Shown here: one piece after another, positions 31,016-40,142 of the stretch
Position numbering within the stretch: the first letter of the stretch is position 1
Layout: each line of letters opens with the position of its first letter
Virus record (IMG/VR): IMGVR_UViG_3300025523_000001
Reading direction: 5' to 3' (one strand)
Source: a virus
DNA length: 40,529 nucleotides
Notes under the pieces: model-generated
What the model was told of the DNA's origin: nothing
What the model saw: the letters and a program-made list of their open reading frames with translations, nothing else
Databases searched by the model: none
Translations under genes and position numbers: made by a program

Positions 31016-33337
31016 ATGTATACAATATTAGATCCGGATTTAAATGTTTGTGGAGTGCTTGACCTAGATGGGAAAGGATGTAAGTTTTACAATGATATAC
31101 GATCAACCAAAATTGCGGATGATCAAGGTAAAATTTGGAGCGATACCTTACAAATATCAGTCCCATATGGTTATCGGGAGACAGCCTACATGACAAATGG
31201 CTATCACCTCCTTAAGCAGGGAGGGGATGGCCGTTTTTATTGTTATAGAATTTTTAGTCCAACAGATGAAGCTGGTGGCTCAACACATACAAAAACAGTT
31301 CAAGCAATCAATTTACTGGCTTGGGATTTAACGCACATATACGTACAACCAAAAACATTTAAAGCTGCAAATAGCCAAGATGCATTTGAATATATTCTTC
31401 AAAGATCAGGATGGGAAATAGGTGAGAATGATTTCTTCGGCGGGTTTAAGTCGCTTGAGATATCTGATGGCAATAATGCTATGTATTGGTTAGATCAATT
31501 CACTAGCCAATTTGGTGTTGAAATTAGGGCCTATGTAGAGGTTTATAACGGAAAAATTGTTCGAAAATTAATTGACATAGTAGAAGAATTAGGAGAATCA
31601 GAGGGGCGCAGATTTGAGTATTCTCACGATTTATTAGGAGTGACCAGAACCGGTGACGACTCGCAGATGTATACTAAGCTATATGTCTACGGAGGTACAA
31701 ATAGTAAAGGCGAGATAGTCTCAATAGCAAGTGTGAATAATGGCCGGGAGTATATTGTAGATGATGAAGCAAATGATCTCTATAACAATGGTAATCAATA
31801 CTTAGAAGGATACATTGTAAATGACAGTATTGCTAACCCTAGTGGTTTATTAGATTGGGGTAAACAGCAACTGGCCAAATACAATCATCCTAAATATACT
31901 TATACAGTTGATGTTGCACATTTAGGCTACAAGCCGAATCTTGGCGATCGTGTACAGGTTATTGATTTTTCAATGAGTCCAGAATTAACTTTGGATGCCA
32001 GGGTCATTCAACTGGATGAATCTGAGGCAAATCCAGAAAACAATAAAGTAATCCTAGGGGAATTTGTTGAGGTGCAAGTAGTTACCCCAGAGGATATTTG
32101 GAAACTACAAGCTAAGGCTGCACAGGCATACCAAGAATCACAAAAGGCCAAAGCATATAAAGTGGAGTACTTTACTCCAGATGGGACGGATTTTGCTGAT
32201 GATACAGAAAAAAGAATCATTATTAGGGTTTATCAAGGGGCTGATGAAATCACGTCGAAAATAGATAATGATAAGTTTATTTGGCAAAAAATAAATTCGG
32301 ATGGAAGCCATGATACAGATTGGGAAGATAGACATGTAGGAATCGGAAATGTAATCACAGTAGGTCCCGAAGTGTCGGGAAGCACAATTCGTTGCCAGGT
32401 TGATGATGGATTAAGTGATTCAATTTTATTTGCAACAGAAGAAGATGCGGAATACTTCGCTACCTTGCAAATGGATCCGCCTAGTGGCTGGGACGACTTT
32501 ACTAACAGTGTTGCTCAGTATGCTCAGGTAGATTATCCAAGAAGTGATATTTATTGGTCGCAAAGATATTATGGTAATAAACGCCATAGTGGTGATGGAT
32601 CGGCTAATATACAAAGTTATGTACTTACTCGCACTGATTTAACCGGAGCCATTAAAGACCGTATGTGGGTTATTCGTGGTGGACATGGTGCCCAATTTGG
32701 TATTGAGTATATTAACGGCAAGATGTGGATTTGGTCTTATTATCTTGATGTTGCTAATAATCAATGGCATGTTGTTAAATTTCCTTATCAGGCTAATAAG
32801 GTTTTGGATTGGGGAGATAGCAGCATTGTAAATCTACTAAGTACAAATGGCGGTTATAGAACGAATTTAGACGTACGAAATGGGTACGTCCTTTTTGTTT
32901 ATGGAACTACTAATCCAACATTTTATGTTTGTAAAAAAACTGATGTGGAGAACAAACAATTTAAACCATTATACACTGCCCGAGGAACTGATGTGAATTA
33001 TTTTGGAACAGATCAAACTTATCAAAGTGCGTGCCTAGACTTTCCTTACGTCTATTTTACAAGTGGCAATGGAGACGGTAGCGACCAACGTTGTTTGTAT
33101 TGTTTTGATATACGATCAAAGTCATTAGTTTACCGGATTGTTTATACATTTGACAAAGGCACAATTAATCAAATAGGTAAGTATAACGAACCAGAAGCAA
33201 TCAGTTATTACTACGACTCGGATGGAAAGAAATGGCTAATACAAGGTTTCGCCTGGGGGAATGAAGATTTAGAAGATAGCCAAAGGACAAATCAATTGTT
33301 TAGGATCAATGAACATAAAAGAGGTGATACCCCATGA
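31016..33337 (+). CDS. Tail-associated protein (Tal, prophage-tail N-terminal domain) with a large C-terminal extension
   Basis: AGGAGGTG SD. 773 aa, located after Dit. I could not assign the C-terminal ~300 aa, which is rich in W/Y/G beta-strand repeats. Confidence 0.75.
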   Translation: MYTILDPDLNVCGVLDLDGKGCKFYNDIRSTKIADDQGKIWSDTLQISVPYGYRETAYMTNGYHLLKQGGDGRFYCYRIFSPTDEAGGSTHTKTVQAINLLAWDLTHIYVQPKTFKAANSQDAFEYILQRSGWEIGENDFFGGFKSLEISDGNNAMYWLDQFTSQFGVEIRAYVEVYNGKIVRKLIDIVEELGESEGRRFEYSHDLLGVTRTGDDSQMYTKLYVYGGTNSKGEIVSIASVNNGREYIVDDEANDLYNNGNQYLEGYIVNDSIANPSGLLDWGKQQLAKYNHPKYTYTVDVAHLGYKPNLGDRVQVIDFSMSPELTLDARVIQLDESEANPENNKVILGEFVEVQVVTPEDIWKLQAKAAQAYQESQKAKAYKVEYFTPDGTDFADDTEKRIIIRVYQGADEITSKIDNDKFIWQKINSDGSHDTDWEDRHVGIGNVITVGPEVSGSTIRCQVDDGLSDSILFATEEDAEYFATLQMDPPSGWDDFTNSVAQYAQVDYPRSDIYWSQRYYGNKRHSGDGSANIQSYVLTRTDLTGAIKDRMWVIRGGHGAQFGIEYINGKMWIWSYYLDVANNQWHVVKFPYQANKVLDWGDSSIVNLLSTNGGYRTNLDVRNGYVLFVYGTTNPTFYVCKKTDVENKQFKPLYTARGTDVNYFGTDQTYQSACLDFPYVYFTSGNGDGSDQRCLYCFDIRSKSLVYRIVYTFDKGTINQIGKYNEPEAISYYYDSDGKKWLIQGFAWGNEDLEDSQRTNQLFRINEHKRGDTP

Positions 33338-36300
33338 CCATAATGGGCAGTGTAGATATTTCTTTCACAAACTCAACTAAGATTGCGAAAGGAGCAGAGC
33401 AAACAGCAACTACTGCCCAAGAAACGGCAAATGGTGCAGCACAGACAGCTGGACAGGCTCAAGCAACTGCTGAAACTGCGTCACAAACGGCAGTACAAGC
33501 GGCAGCTACAGCTGCAGATGCAGCACAAGCAGCACAGATAGCAATTACGACTGCCAATGGCAAAAACAAAGCATATTATGGTGCAACAACGCCAACCAGT
33601 CCACAATCCGGTGATATTTGGTTTGTCACCGATGCAAACGGTGAAGTAACGGCTATCCGGCATTGGGACGGCACGCAATGGGTAGACGACGTGGATAATG
33701 TCGCCGTCCAAGAAGCAATTGATGAAGCCAATCAAACGGCGGCCAATGCGCAACAAGTAGGCGAACAGGCGCAACAAACGGCGGAACAGGCGACCCAAGT
33801 GGCCCAATCGGCACAAGCGGCGGCTGATGCGGCCACTCAAGCGGCGAATAACGCACAAGCGGACGCAGATGATGCCAAAGCACAGGTGCAAAGCGCCGTG
33901 GATACTGCGAACCAAGCGGCGGAAGATGCACAGACGGCTATCAATCAAGCACAGACGGCTTTTGATAATGCGCAAGATGCTTTATCAACAGCAAACAGTG
34001 CTGTGGATACAGCGAACAACGCGAGTCAAACAGCATCCAATGCGGCTACACAATCCAGCAATGCGTGGACAAAAGCCCAGGATGCAATGGCAGAAGCACA
34101 GAAAAAAGCGGATGCATCCAGCGTTTATACAAAAACGGAGATTGATGATGCGCTCGAGGGTTACGCTACCACGACCACGGTCAACACGTTAACAGGGCGC
34201 GTAGACAGCGCAGAAACGGCTATTCAGCAAAACACCAATGCAATACAGCTTAAAGCCGATAAATCGACCGTTGACACGCTAACGGGTAGGGTTAGCACGG
34301 CAGAAGCAACTTTGACTGCGCAGGCTGACCAAATTGCTGCACGTATTACAAAAACGGATGCAGACGCAAAATATGCGACGCAGACGGCACTAACAGCGAC
34401 GGCAAACAGCCTGACGAGCAATATTTCAGCTGTACAAACAAATCTCGATAACTTACAGGTTGGCGGGAGGAACTTATTTTTAAATAGTGATTTTTCTAAT
34501 GGATATAGCAATTGGAAACCTAATGAAAATGCAACATTATCAGTATTAGACAGTGCAGACTATGGCCATGTTTTAAAGGTTGTAACAACTGGTACGTCAG
34601 CAGCATCAGGGGTAACACAGAATGTTGGTTCAAAAATAACATATGGCGAAGAATATACTGTTTCCCTGTTAATGAAAGCTGATGAGGAAACAACCGTTAA
34701 AATACAAAATTCAAATACATCTTGGTTATCTTGTGATGTGACGACCGAATGGAAATTATTTACAGTTACAATAAAGCCTACAAATTCAAATACAATAGGA
34801 TTCTTTAATTCAAGTGCTTCAACTTTTTATATGGCATATGTGAAGATTGAAAAAGGCAATAAGGCAACTGATTGGAGCCCCGCCCCTGAGGATATGGTGA
34901 CAGCTGTCCAATTTAACACGCTATCACAAACACTGGATAGTACAGTGTCACGAATTGGAAATGCAGAAGGTAATATAAGTGCATTGCAACAAACTTCCGA
35001 TTCCTTTGCGACAAGGATTTCAAATGCAGAAGGAAATATAAGTTCGTTAACGCAAACAACAAACGGATTGCAAACAACAGTGTCAGGGAAAGTTGATAAA
35101 ACAACATATAATAGTTTTGTCACGCAAACAAACACGGCGTTACAAAGCAAGTTATCAGTGCAAGATGCTGCCAGCACATACGCAACACAGTCAAGCTTGA
35201 CGCAAACAGCAAACAGCCTGACTAGTCAAATTACTTCTGTACAAACAAATCTCAATAACTTGCAAATCGGTGGTAGAAATTTAATAAAAAATAGTAACTT
35301 TTCAAACGGACTAACAAATTTCAGAGGCTGGAATCCGGGAACGTACACAAGTACAATCAGAGAGGTTGTTTCCGATACCACGCTGCCAGGATTCGAAAAT
35401 GTAGTGCATCTATCCGCAGATGCCGCATCGCAAGGATGGGGGTTTGCCCAAGATGCAATTTCTGTTTTGCCAAATACCACCTATACCTATTCATTTTGGT
35501 ATAAATTCATAAGTACGTATGGTAAGGTTGCTATTCAGATTTCAAATGGTAGCGCTGGTTTTCCGACGAATTTTTATACTTATGCAGATAATCTATGGCA
35601 TAGAGCGACTATAACCATTACTACCGGGGATAATGTTAACGCCGTTAACGTTTATGCAGGTGTGTATGGCGAATCAAAATCTGGAGAAGTGTATATTACA
35701 GGGGAAAAGTTGGAAATAGGAAACAAAGCCACAGACTGGACACCAGCACCAGAAGATATGGCGACTCAATCCCAAATCACCCAGCTATCAGATGACATCA
35801 ATTTACGTGTACAAAAAGGCGATGTGATCAATCAGATAAACGTATCTACAGAAGGTATCTTGATTGATGGTAAAAAGGTGCATATCACCGGGCAGACAAC
35901 AATTGATAATGCCGTGATTAAGGACGCCATGATACAAAGCATGACAGCCAACAAGTTGACAGCTGGCACGATTGATGCAAACGTGATTACGGTTAAAAAC
36001 ATAAACGCTAGCAACATTGTGACGGGGACGTTGGATGCAAGCAAAGCCACCATTGCAAATATTGACGCATCAAAAATTACAACAGGCACGCTTAACGCTG
36101 CACGTATTGCTGCCGGCTCCATAGATGCAAGTAAACTTAACGTTTCGTCCTTATCTGCACTTTCGGCAAATCTTGGAAGTGTAACAGCTGGAAATATTTC
36201 TGGTGTGAACATAAACATTGGAAATGGGAACTTTACCGTAGACACAGCCGGAAACCTTGTTGCGAAAAATGCAAATATCACAGGGATAATCAATGCGACA

Positions 36301-37275
36301 TCAGGGAGCTTTTCAGGTACCCTGGAAGGGGCTACCGGAACATTTAAGGGATCAATTTCAACTCCATTATTAGCAGTGCAGGCTGACGAAATTACAAGTT
36401 ATTCTGAATTTGGCCTAAAATTGCAGACAGCACAATGGCAACCAGATGAAAATCAGCCATTTGTAAATAATGGCTTTGTTGTATTTAACACATTAAATAG
36501 TGGCCTAGAAATTTATCATACGGACTTAAACGGAAATAATGGAAACTTAGCGGGATTTGAGATTGAAGCGGATACTATTAGTTTGACCGGAGATACCATT
36601 GTATTCGGAAATTTTTACCTGGATGGTGGAAATTCTATTTATAATGACTTCAATCGAATGAATGTCATTGCAAACGGTGGTGTTAGTTTAAAAGACTCAC
36701 TAAGCGGAACATATCTCGTAGTAGGTACAAGTTCTACAGGTAATACAACAATTTACGATTCAAATGATAACCAATTATTTTCAGTCGGTGGAGATGGCGT
36801 AATAAAATCAAAAGCCACTTATGATCGTACTTATTCATACTCCTCCAATATGTACGTTACATCAAACGGGTATTTTGGACGTGTCACATCAGCTTTAAAA
36901 TATAAAACTGATGTTGAAGAAGTAGACCTATCAAATGGTTATGCAGAGAGAATATTACAATTAAAACCAAAATCATGGCACGACAAAGCACAATTGGAGA
37001 GGTATAACTCAGGAGAAGATATTCATTTAGATAGAATTTATGGATTGATAGCAGAAGATGTTGAACAGGTTGGACTTAGTGAGTATGTCACATATGCTTA
37101 TGATGAAAATGGAATTAAAGAAACAGAAGGTATCCAATATGATCGACTTTGGACATTGCTTATTCCGGTGGTTAAGGATCATAAGGAACGCTTATCAATA
37201 GTAGAAGAACAAAATAACAATTTATTATTAAAAATTGCTGATCTTGAAGCTAGATTGGCAAAATTGGAGGAATAA
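33334..37275 (+). CDS. Tail fiber / receptor-binding protein with an Ala/Gln-rich coiled coil, two jelly-roll-like modules and a C-terminal S74 intramolecular chaperone domain
   Basis: 1313 aa. The N-terminus contains ANGKNKAYYG...GDIWF. GGRNL...(K)xExGNKATDW(S/T)PAPEDM occurs twice. The C-terminal LKYKTDVEEVD...YGLIAEDVEQV...IQYDRLWTLLIPVVKD fits Peptidase_S74. Confidence 0.88.
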   Translation: MTIMGSVDISFTNSTKIAKGAEQTATTAQETANGAAQTAGQAQATAETASQTAVQAAATAADAAQAAQIAITTANGKNKAYYGATTPTSPQSGDIWFVTDANGEVTAIRHWDGTQWVDDVDNVAVQEAIDEANQTAANAQQVGEQAQQTAEQATQVAQSAQAAADAATQAANNAQADADDAKAQVQSAVDTANQAAEDAQTAINQAQTAFDNAQDALSTANSAVDTANNASQTASNAATQSSNAWTKAQDAMAEAQKKADASSVYTKTEIDDALEGYATTTTVNTLTGRVDSAETAIQQNTNAIQLKADKSTVDTLTGRVSTAEATLTAQADQIAARITKTDADAKYATQTALTATANSLTSNISAVQTNLDNLQVGGRNLFLNSDFSNGYSNWKPNENATLSVLDSADYGHVLKVVTTGTSAASGVTQNVGSKITYGEEYTVSLLMKADEETTVKIQNSNTSWLSCDVTTEWKLFTVTIKPTNSNTIGFFNSSASTFYMAYVKIEKGNKATDWSPAPEDMVTAVQFNTLSQTLDSTVSRIGNAEGNISALQQTSDSFATRISNAEGNISSLTQTTNGLQTTVSGKVDKTTYNSFVTQTNTALQSKLSVQDAASTYATQSSLTQTANSLTSQITSVQTNLNNLQIGGRNLIKNSNFSNGLTNFRGWNPGTYTSTIREVVSDTTLPGFENVVHLSADAASQGWGFAQDAISVLPNTTYTYSFWYKFISTYGKVAIQISNGSAGFPTNFYTYADNLWHRATITITTGDNVNAVNVYAGVYGESKSGEVYITGEKLEIGNKATDWTPAPEDMATQSQITQLSDDINLRVQKGDVINQINVSTEGILIDGKKVHITGQTTIDNAVIKDAMIQSMTANKLTAGTIDANVITVKNINASNIVTGTLDASKATIANIDASKITTGTLNAARIAAGSIDASKLNVSSLSALSANLGSVTAGNISGVNINIGNGNFTVDTAGNLVAKNANITGIINATSGSFSGTLEGATGTFKGSISTPLLAVQADEITSYSEFGLKLQTAQWQPDENQPFVNNGFVVFNTLNSGLEIYHTDLNGNNGNLAGFEIEADTISLTGDTIVFGNFYLDGGNSIYNDFNRMNVIANGGVSLKDSLSGTYLVVGTSSTGNTTIYDSNDNQLFSVGGDGVIKSKATYDRTYSYSSNMYVTSNGYFGRVTSALKYKTDVEEVDLSNGYAERILQLKPKSWHDKAQLERYNSGEDIHLDRIYGLIAEDVEQVGLSEYVTYAYDENGIKETEGIQYDRLWTLLIPVVKDHKERLSIVEEQNNNLLLKIADLEARLAKLEE
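34402..34900 (+). repeat. Tail-fiber internal module A (paralog of 35208..35765)
   Basis: The module boundaries are conserved at nucleotide level (gcaaacagcctga...gtacaaacaaatctc; ggcaataaggcaactgattgg). The interior has diverged. Confidence 0.7.
35208..35765 (+). repeat. Tail-fiber internal module B (paralog of 34402..34900)
   Basis: Same conserved boundaries, TANSLTSxIxxVQTNLxNLQxGGRNL and GNKATDWxPAPEDM. Confidence 0.7.
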
Positions 37276-37278
37276 CAT

Positions 37279-37521
37279 ATGGAAATTCAAGCACAAGATT
37301 TTTACCAACAAATTATTACAGATTTAAAAAATCAGATTGCTACACTAGCAGACCAAAAAGCAATACAAGCAGCATTGGTAACCTTACAACAAAATGAAAT
37401 TAAGAAACTAGAAGAACAATTAAAGGAGGCGATCGAGAAAAAAGAAGAAGCAGAAAAGGAATTGGCGGCAGAAAAGGCAAAGCACTCGGGACACACACAT
37501 ACAAAAGGAGGAAATGAATGA
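37279..37521 (+). CDS. Coiled-coil hypothetical protein, 80 aa
   Basis: GGAGGA SD and helical heptad sequence. Confidence 0.65.
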   Translation: MEIQAQDFYQQIITDLKNQIATLADQKAIQAALVTLQQNEIKKLEEQLKEAIEKKEEAEKELAAEKAKHSGHTHTKGGNE

Positions 37522-37760
37522 TGAAAATTGTCATTACATCTATTAATTTCAATTACAAAAACGGATATGACGGTGATTATACAAGCGTAAACTTATATTT
37601 TAATAGTACAGGAGCAACTTTTAACCTAAATGGATTTGTGGAGGTAAGTAAAGACGAATATGCAGAAGCATCCGGGGATACAAGCAAGCTGGAAGATTTA
37701 ATTAAATCCAAGGTGGAGGAAAACATTCAAGGTACAGCATCAGACACAACAGCATCGTAA
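37518..37760 (+). CDS. Hypothetical protein, 80 aa
   Basis: AAGGAGGA SD and an ATGA overlap with the upstream gene. Confidence 0.65.
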   Translation: MMKIVITSINFNYKNGYDGDYTSVNLYFNSTGATFNLNGFVEVSKDEYAEASGDTSKLEDLIKSKVEENIQGTASDTTAS

Positions 37761-37798
37761 TTGAGTTAGGGGGTACGGATCCATTGGAGGAGATGACG

Positions 37799-38116
37799 AT
37801 GGATGAACGCATTGAGAATCATGAAGAGCGGATAACAGCGCTAGAAAAAAACTATGCCGACCTGACAAACAAAATGCAGGCGGTAGAAACAGGCCAGCTT
37901 CGCATAGAAAAAACGTTGATGGTGGAAGGAAAGGAACAGAAAAAGTTAATCAACCAGCAGCGAGAAGAACAGCAGGAATTGCTAAACAGGTTACTCGAGC
38001 ACACACTAAATATTCGGAAAAATAATGCCTATCGTAGATGGGACTTAGCCCTTGTCCTTTTTGGTGGCGGGGGCTTAATTTATGGGATCATTACCCTAAT
38101 CACAAAATTTTTCTAA
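37799..38116 (+). CDS. xhlA: XhlA-like membrane protein (N-terminal coiled coil plus C-terminal TM helix)
   Basis: GGAGGAG lies 7 nt before ATG 37799. ERITALEKNYADLTNKMQAVETGQLRIEK is followed by WDLALVLFGGGGLIYGIITLI, which resembles B. subtilis PBSX XhlA architecture. Confidence 0.6.
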   Translation: MDERIENHEERITALEKNYADLTNKMQAVETGQLRIEKTLMVEGKEQKKLINQQREEQQELLNRLLEHTLNIRKNNAYRRWDLALVLFGGGGLIYGIITLITKFF

Positions 38117-38131
38117 GGGAGCGAATGAAAA

Positions 38132-38512
38132 ATGAAATACTTATCTGATCTTAATTGGTGGAAACAGACAGCAACATTGGTAGGCGGGGTGCTAACCGCA
38201 TTGATTGCCTTTTTCGGAGCGCTTAATGTACATTTCCAATGGTTAACTGCAGACTCGGTAAACGCGTTTGTATCACTAATTGTGGCGATTGGAGCGCTGT
38301 TTGTAGGGTCAATTGCAACAATCCTAAACACCTATCTGACGAAAAAAAAGAAAGAACAGGCAACTCAGGTAGCAATCTCTTATGCACAGGACACTGCGGC
38401 CAAAGAGGATGCAGAAAGGGAAAAGATTAAAGAGATTGTGGAACAAGTATTGGAGGCACAAGGTGTTACGTCCACAAAAGAAGAAACAAAATCGTCAGCA
38501 ACTACAAAATAA
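38132..38512 (+). CDS. Holin (two TM helices plus a charged C-terminal tail)
   Basis: The TM segments are TATLVGGVLTALIAFFGAL and AFVSLIVAIGALFVGSIATIL, followed by a Lys/Glu-rich tail. The gene lies directly upstream of the endolysin. Confidence 0.8.
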   Translation: MKYLSDLNWWKQTATLVGGVLTALIAFFGALNVHFQWLTADSVNAFVSLIVAIGALFVGSIATILNTYLTKKKKEQATQVAISYAQDTAAKEDAEREKIKEIVEQVLEAQGVTSTKEETKSSATTK

Positions 38513-38515
38513 GGA

Positions 38516-39823
38516 GTGGTAAAGTTGAATAAGATCACGAAAACAATCGGCGCGCTGGCCCTATCTGCAGGGTTGGCGTTTTCTTTTGGGCCGAATACTT
38601 ATGCCGCGGCGCCGAGTGTGGATTTTATCGACGTCAGCCATCATAACGCAGAACAGGGGCTGCCTTTAAGTTTTTATCAAACAATGAAAGCTGGCGGCAT
38701 TAACTCAGTTGTAGTTAAAGTCAGTGAGGGACAAACATATGTAGATCCTGCTGCATCTGTCAACGTGGCTAATGCTAAGCAGGCAGGAATGATCGTTAAC
38801 GCTTATCATTATGCGCATTTTACAAGCAATTCTCAAGCTAAATCAGAAGCCCAATGGTTTGATAAAAAGCTTAAGTTAGTAGGATTTGATAAGCAAAAAG
38901 ATGGTTATGTAGTTGTGGATGTAGAGGATGGCTCGCTTGAAAGTGTGGGTGCTAGCAATCTCACAGAATATACAAATACGTTTATCAGTACGATGAAATC
39001 TTTAGGCTATTCAAAGGTAGATTTGTATACCGGTAACTCATTTTATAATACGTACTTAAAACCAGGTCAATTAGCAGTAGATAAACCTTGGCTTGCCAGG
39101 TACCCACTTTATCCGGAAACAGGCCAGCCGACACCAGTCTGGTACAATGGACAAAAAGGGGCTTGGCAGTGGTCCAGCACATACAAGTTTACTGGCATTC
39201 CCGGCTACTTTGACGTGAGCCAGGACTATGCCGGTAAGTACACAAACGTTGCTAAAGTCGACAACGCAACCAACACAGGCGTAGTTAAAAAGATCGGATC
39301 CTTGAGCCTGGTTGATTATCTAAAATCGAAGGGAAAAAGTGCAACGTTCAGCGCCCGCACCAAGTTGGCCAAGCAGTACGGCATTACAAACTACACTGGG
39401 ACGGCCGCCCAAAACCTGGCATTGTTGAGCAAATTAAAATCCGGTGTCAAGCCGGCAAAAGTGAACACCACAAGCAGTAAGCTGACAACATCCAGTTCGG
39501 CGGCCAAGTCAACCAGCACAACGGTTAAAACATACACGGTTAAACGCGGAGATACGCTGTCGGGCATTGCGGCAAAATACGGCACAAGCGTCGCAACCCT
39601 GCAAAAATTAAACGGCATCAGCAACCCGAATAAAATTTATGCGGGGCAAAAGCTAAAAATCTCCGGCAGTGCTTCCGCAGCGCAATACTACACGGTTAAG
39701 ACCGGGGACAATCTAACCAAAATTGCAAAGCGGTTTGGCACGTCTGTCAGTCACCTGGTGGCGCTAAATAAAATTAAAAATCCAAACCTGATCCGGGTTG
39801 GCCAAAAGCTGCGGGTAAAATAA
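38516..39823 (+). CDS. Endolysin: predicted signal peptide plus GH25 muramidase plus linker domain plus 2 LysM repeats (start may be TTG 38525)
   Basis: The N-terminal [28 protein letters not shown] looks like a Sec signal. The GH25 motifs are DFIDVSHHN and VVVDVEDG. Two repeats of YTVKxGDxLxxIAxxxGTSVxxLxxLN...GQKL are LysM. Confidence 0.9.
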   Translation: MVKLNKITKTIGALALSAGLAFSFGPNTYAAAPSVDFIDVSHHNAEQGLPLSFYQTMKAGGINSVVVKVSEGQTYVDPAASVNVANAKQAGMIVNAYHYAHFTSNSQAKSEAQWFDKKLKLVGFDKQKDGYVVVDVEDGSLESVGASNLTEYTNTFISTMKSLGYSKVDLYTGNSFYNTYLKPGQLAVDKPWLARYPLYPETGQPTPVWYNGQKGAWQWSSTYKFTGIPGYFDVSQDYAGKYTNVAKVDNATNTGVVKKIGSLSLVDYLKSKGKSATFSARTKLAKQYGITNYTGTAAQNLALLSKLKSGVKPAKVNTTSSKLTTSSSAAKSTSTTVKTYTVKRGDTLSGIAAKYGTSVATLQKLNGISNPNKIYAGQKLKISGSASAAQYYTVKTGDNLTKIAKRFGTSVSHLVALNKIKNPNLIRVGQKLRVK

Positions 39824-39866
39824 GCCGGAGCCGGCAATAATAAGAATCCACCAGGGAATAGCAGAA

Positions 39867-39890
39867 AAGCCCTCGCATTTGCGGGGGCTT
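39867..39890. terminator. Terminator hairpin after the endolysin
   Basis: AAGCCCTCGC-attt-GCGGGGGCTT forms a 10-bp stem. The T-tails are weak on both strands. Confidence 0.6.
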
Positions 39891-40020
39891 GAAATTTTAA
39901 TTTTGCTGTTTCTATCGGGATATAACTTGTTTTTATTGGCTAATTTTATTTGCAGCGTCTCCCACCTGACCGTCACTTACCGGACGGATTTTTCGCTGCC
40001 GCCAGTCCATACTACTGTGC

Positions 40021-40045
40021 TAGCGATGGCAGGAGTCGAACCTAC
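40021..40045 (-). other. tRNA 3'-fragment-like sequence (complete T-arm plus 7 nt), not a complete tRNA
   Basis: The minus strand reads GTAGG-TTCGACT-CCTGC-CATCGCT-A. No complementary 5' acceptor strand or anticodon arm lies upstream. It matches 13 of 14 positions of the T-loop segment at 2412-2425. Confidence 0.4.
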
Positions 40046-40088
40046 CACCCTTGCGACTGGTCCCACGCATGAAATGGATATTTTTTTT

Positions 40089-40142
40089 CACGCCACATCT
40101 CCGACACATTTCATGAAGGAAATATACCGGAGGCATGGCGTG
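40089..40142. repeat. 54-nt interrupted palindrome (three helices separated by symmetric 4x4 internal loops)
   Basis: CACGCC-acat-CTCCG-acac-ATTTC-atgaag-GAAAT-atac-CGGAG-gcat-GGCGTG. On the plus strand it is preceded by a T8 run (40081-40088). Confidence 0.6.

Noticed and set aside
33481-34192. Alternative-frame and antisense ORFs (164, 92 and 121 aa) inside the fiber gene
   Set aside because: They are artefacts of the GC-rich, periodic Ala/Gln-coding repeats (GCN/CAR). They have no SDs and Arg/Cys/Leu-rich nonsense composition.
33334-37275. Diversity-generating retroelement targeting the fiber
   Set aside because: The internal repeats are in-frame paralogous modules. There is no reverse transcriptase gene and no template/variable repeat pair with adenine-specific differences anywhere in the genome.
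40021-40093. A complete tRNA gene on the minus strand
   Set aside because: Only the T-arm and a 7-nt acceptor-like strand are present. The sequence where a 5' acceptor strand should lie (GCGTGAA) is not complementary to CATCGCT. No anticodon or D arm could be folded, and there is no CCA.
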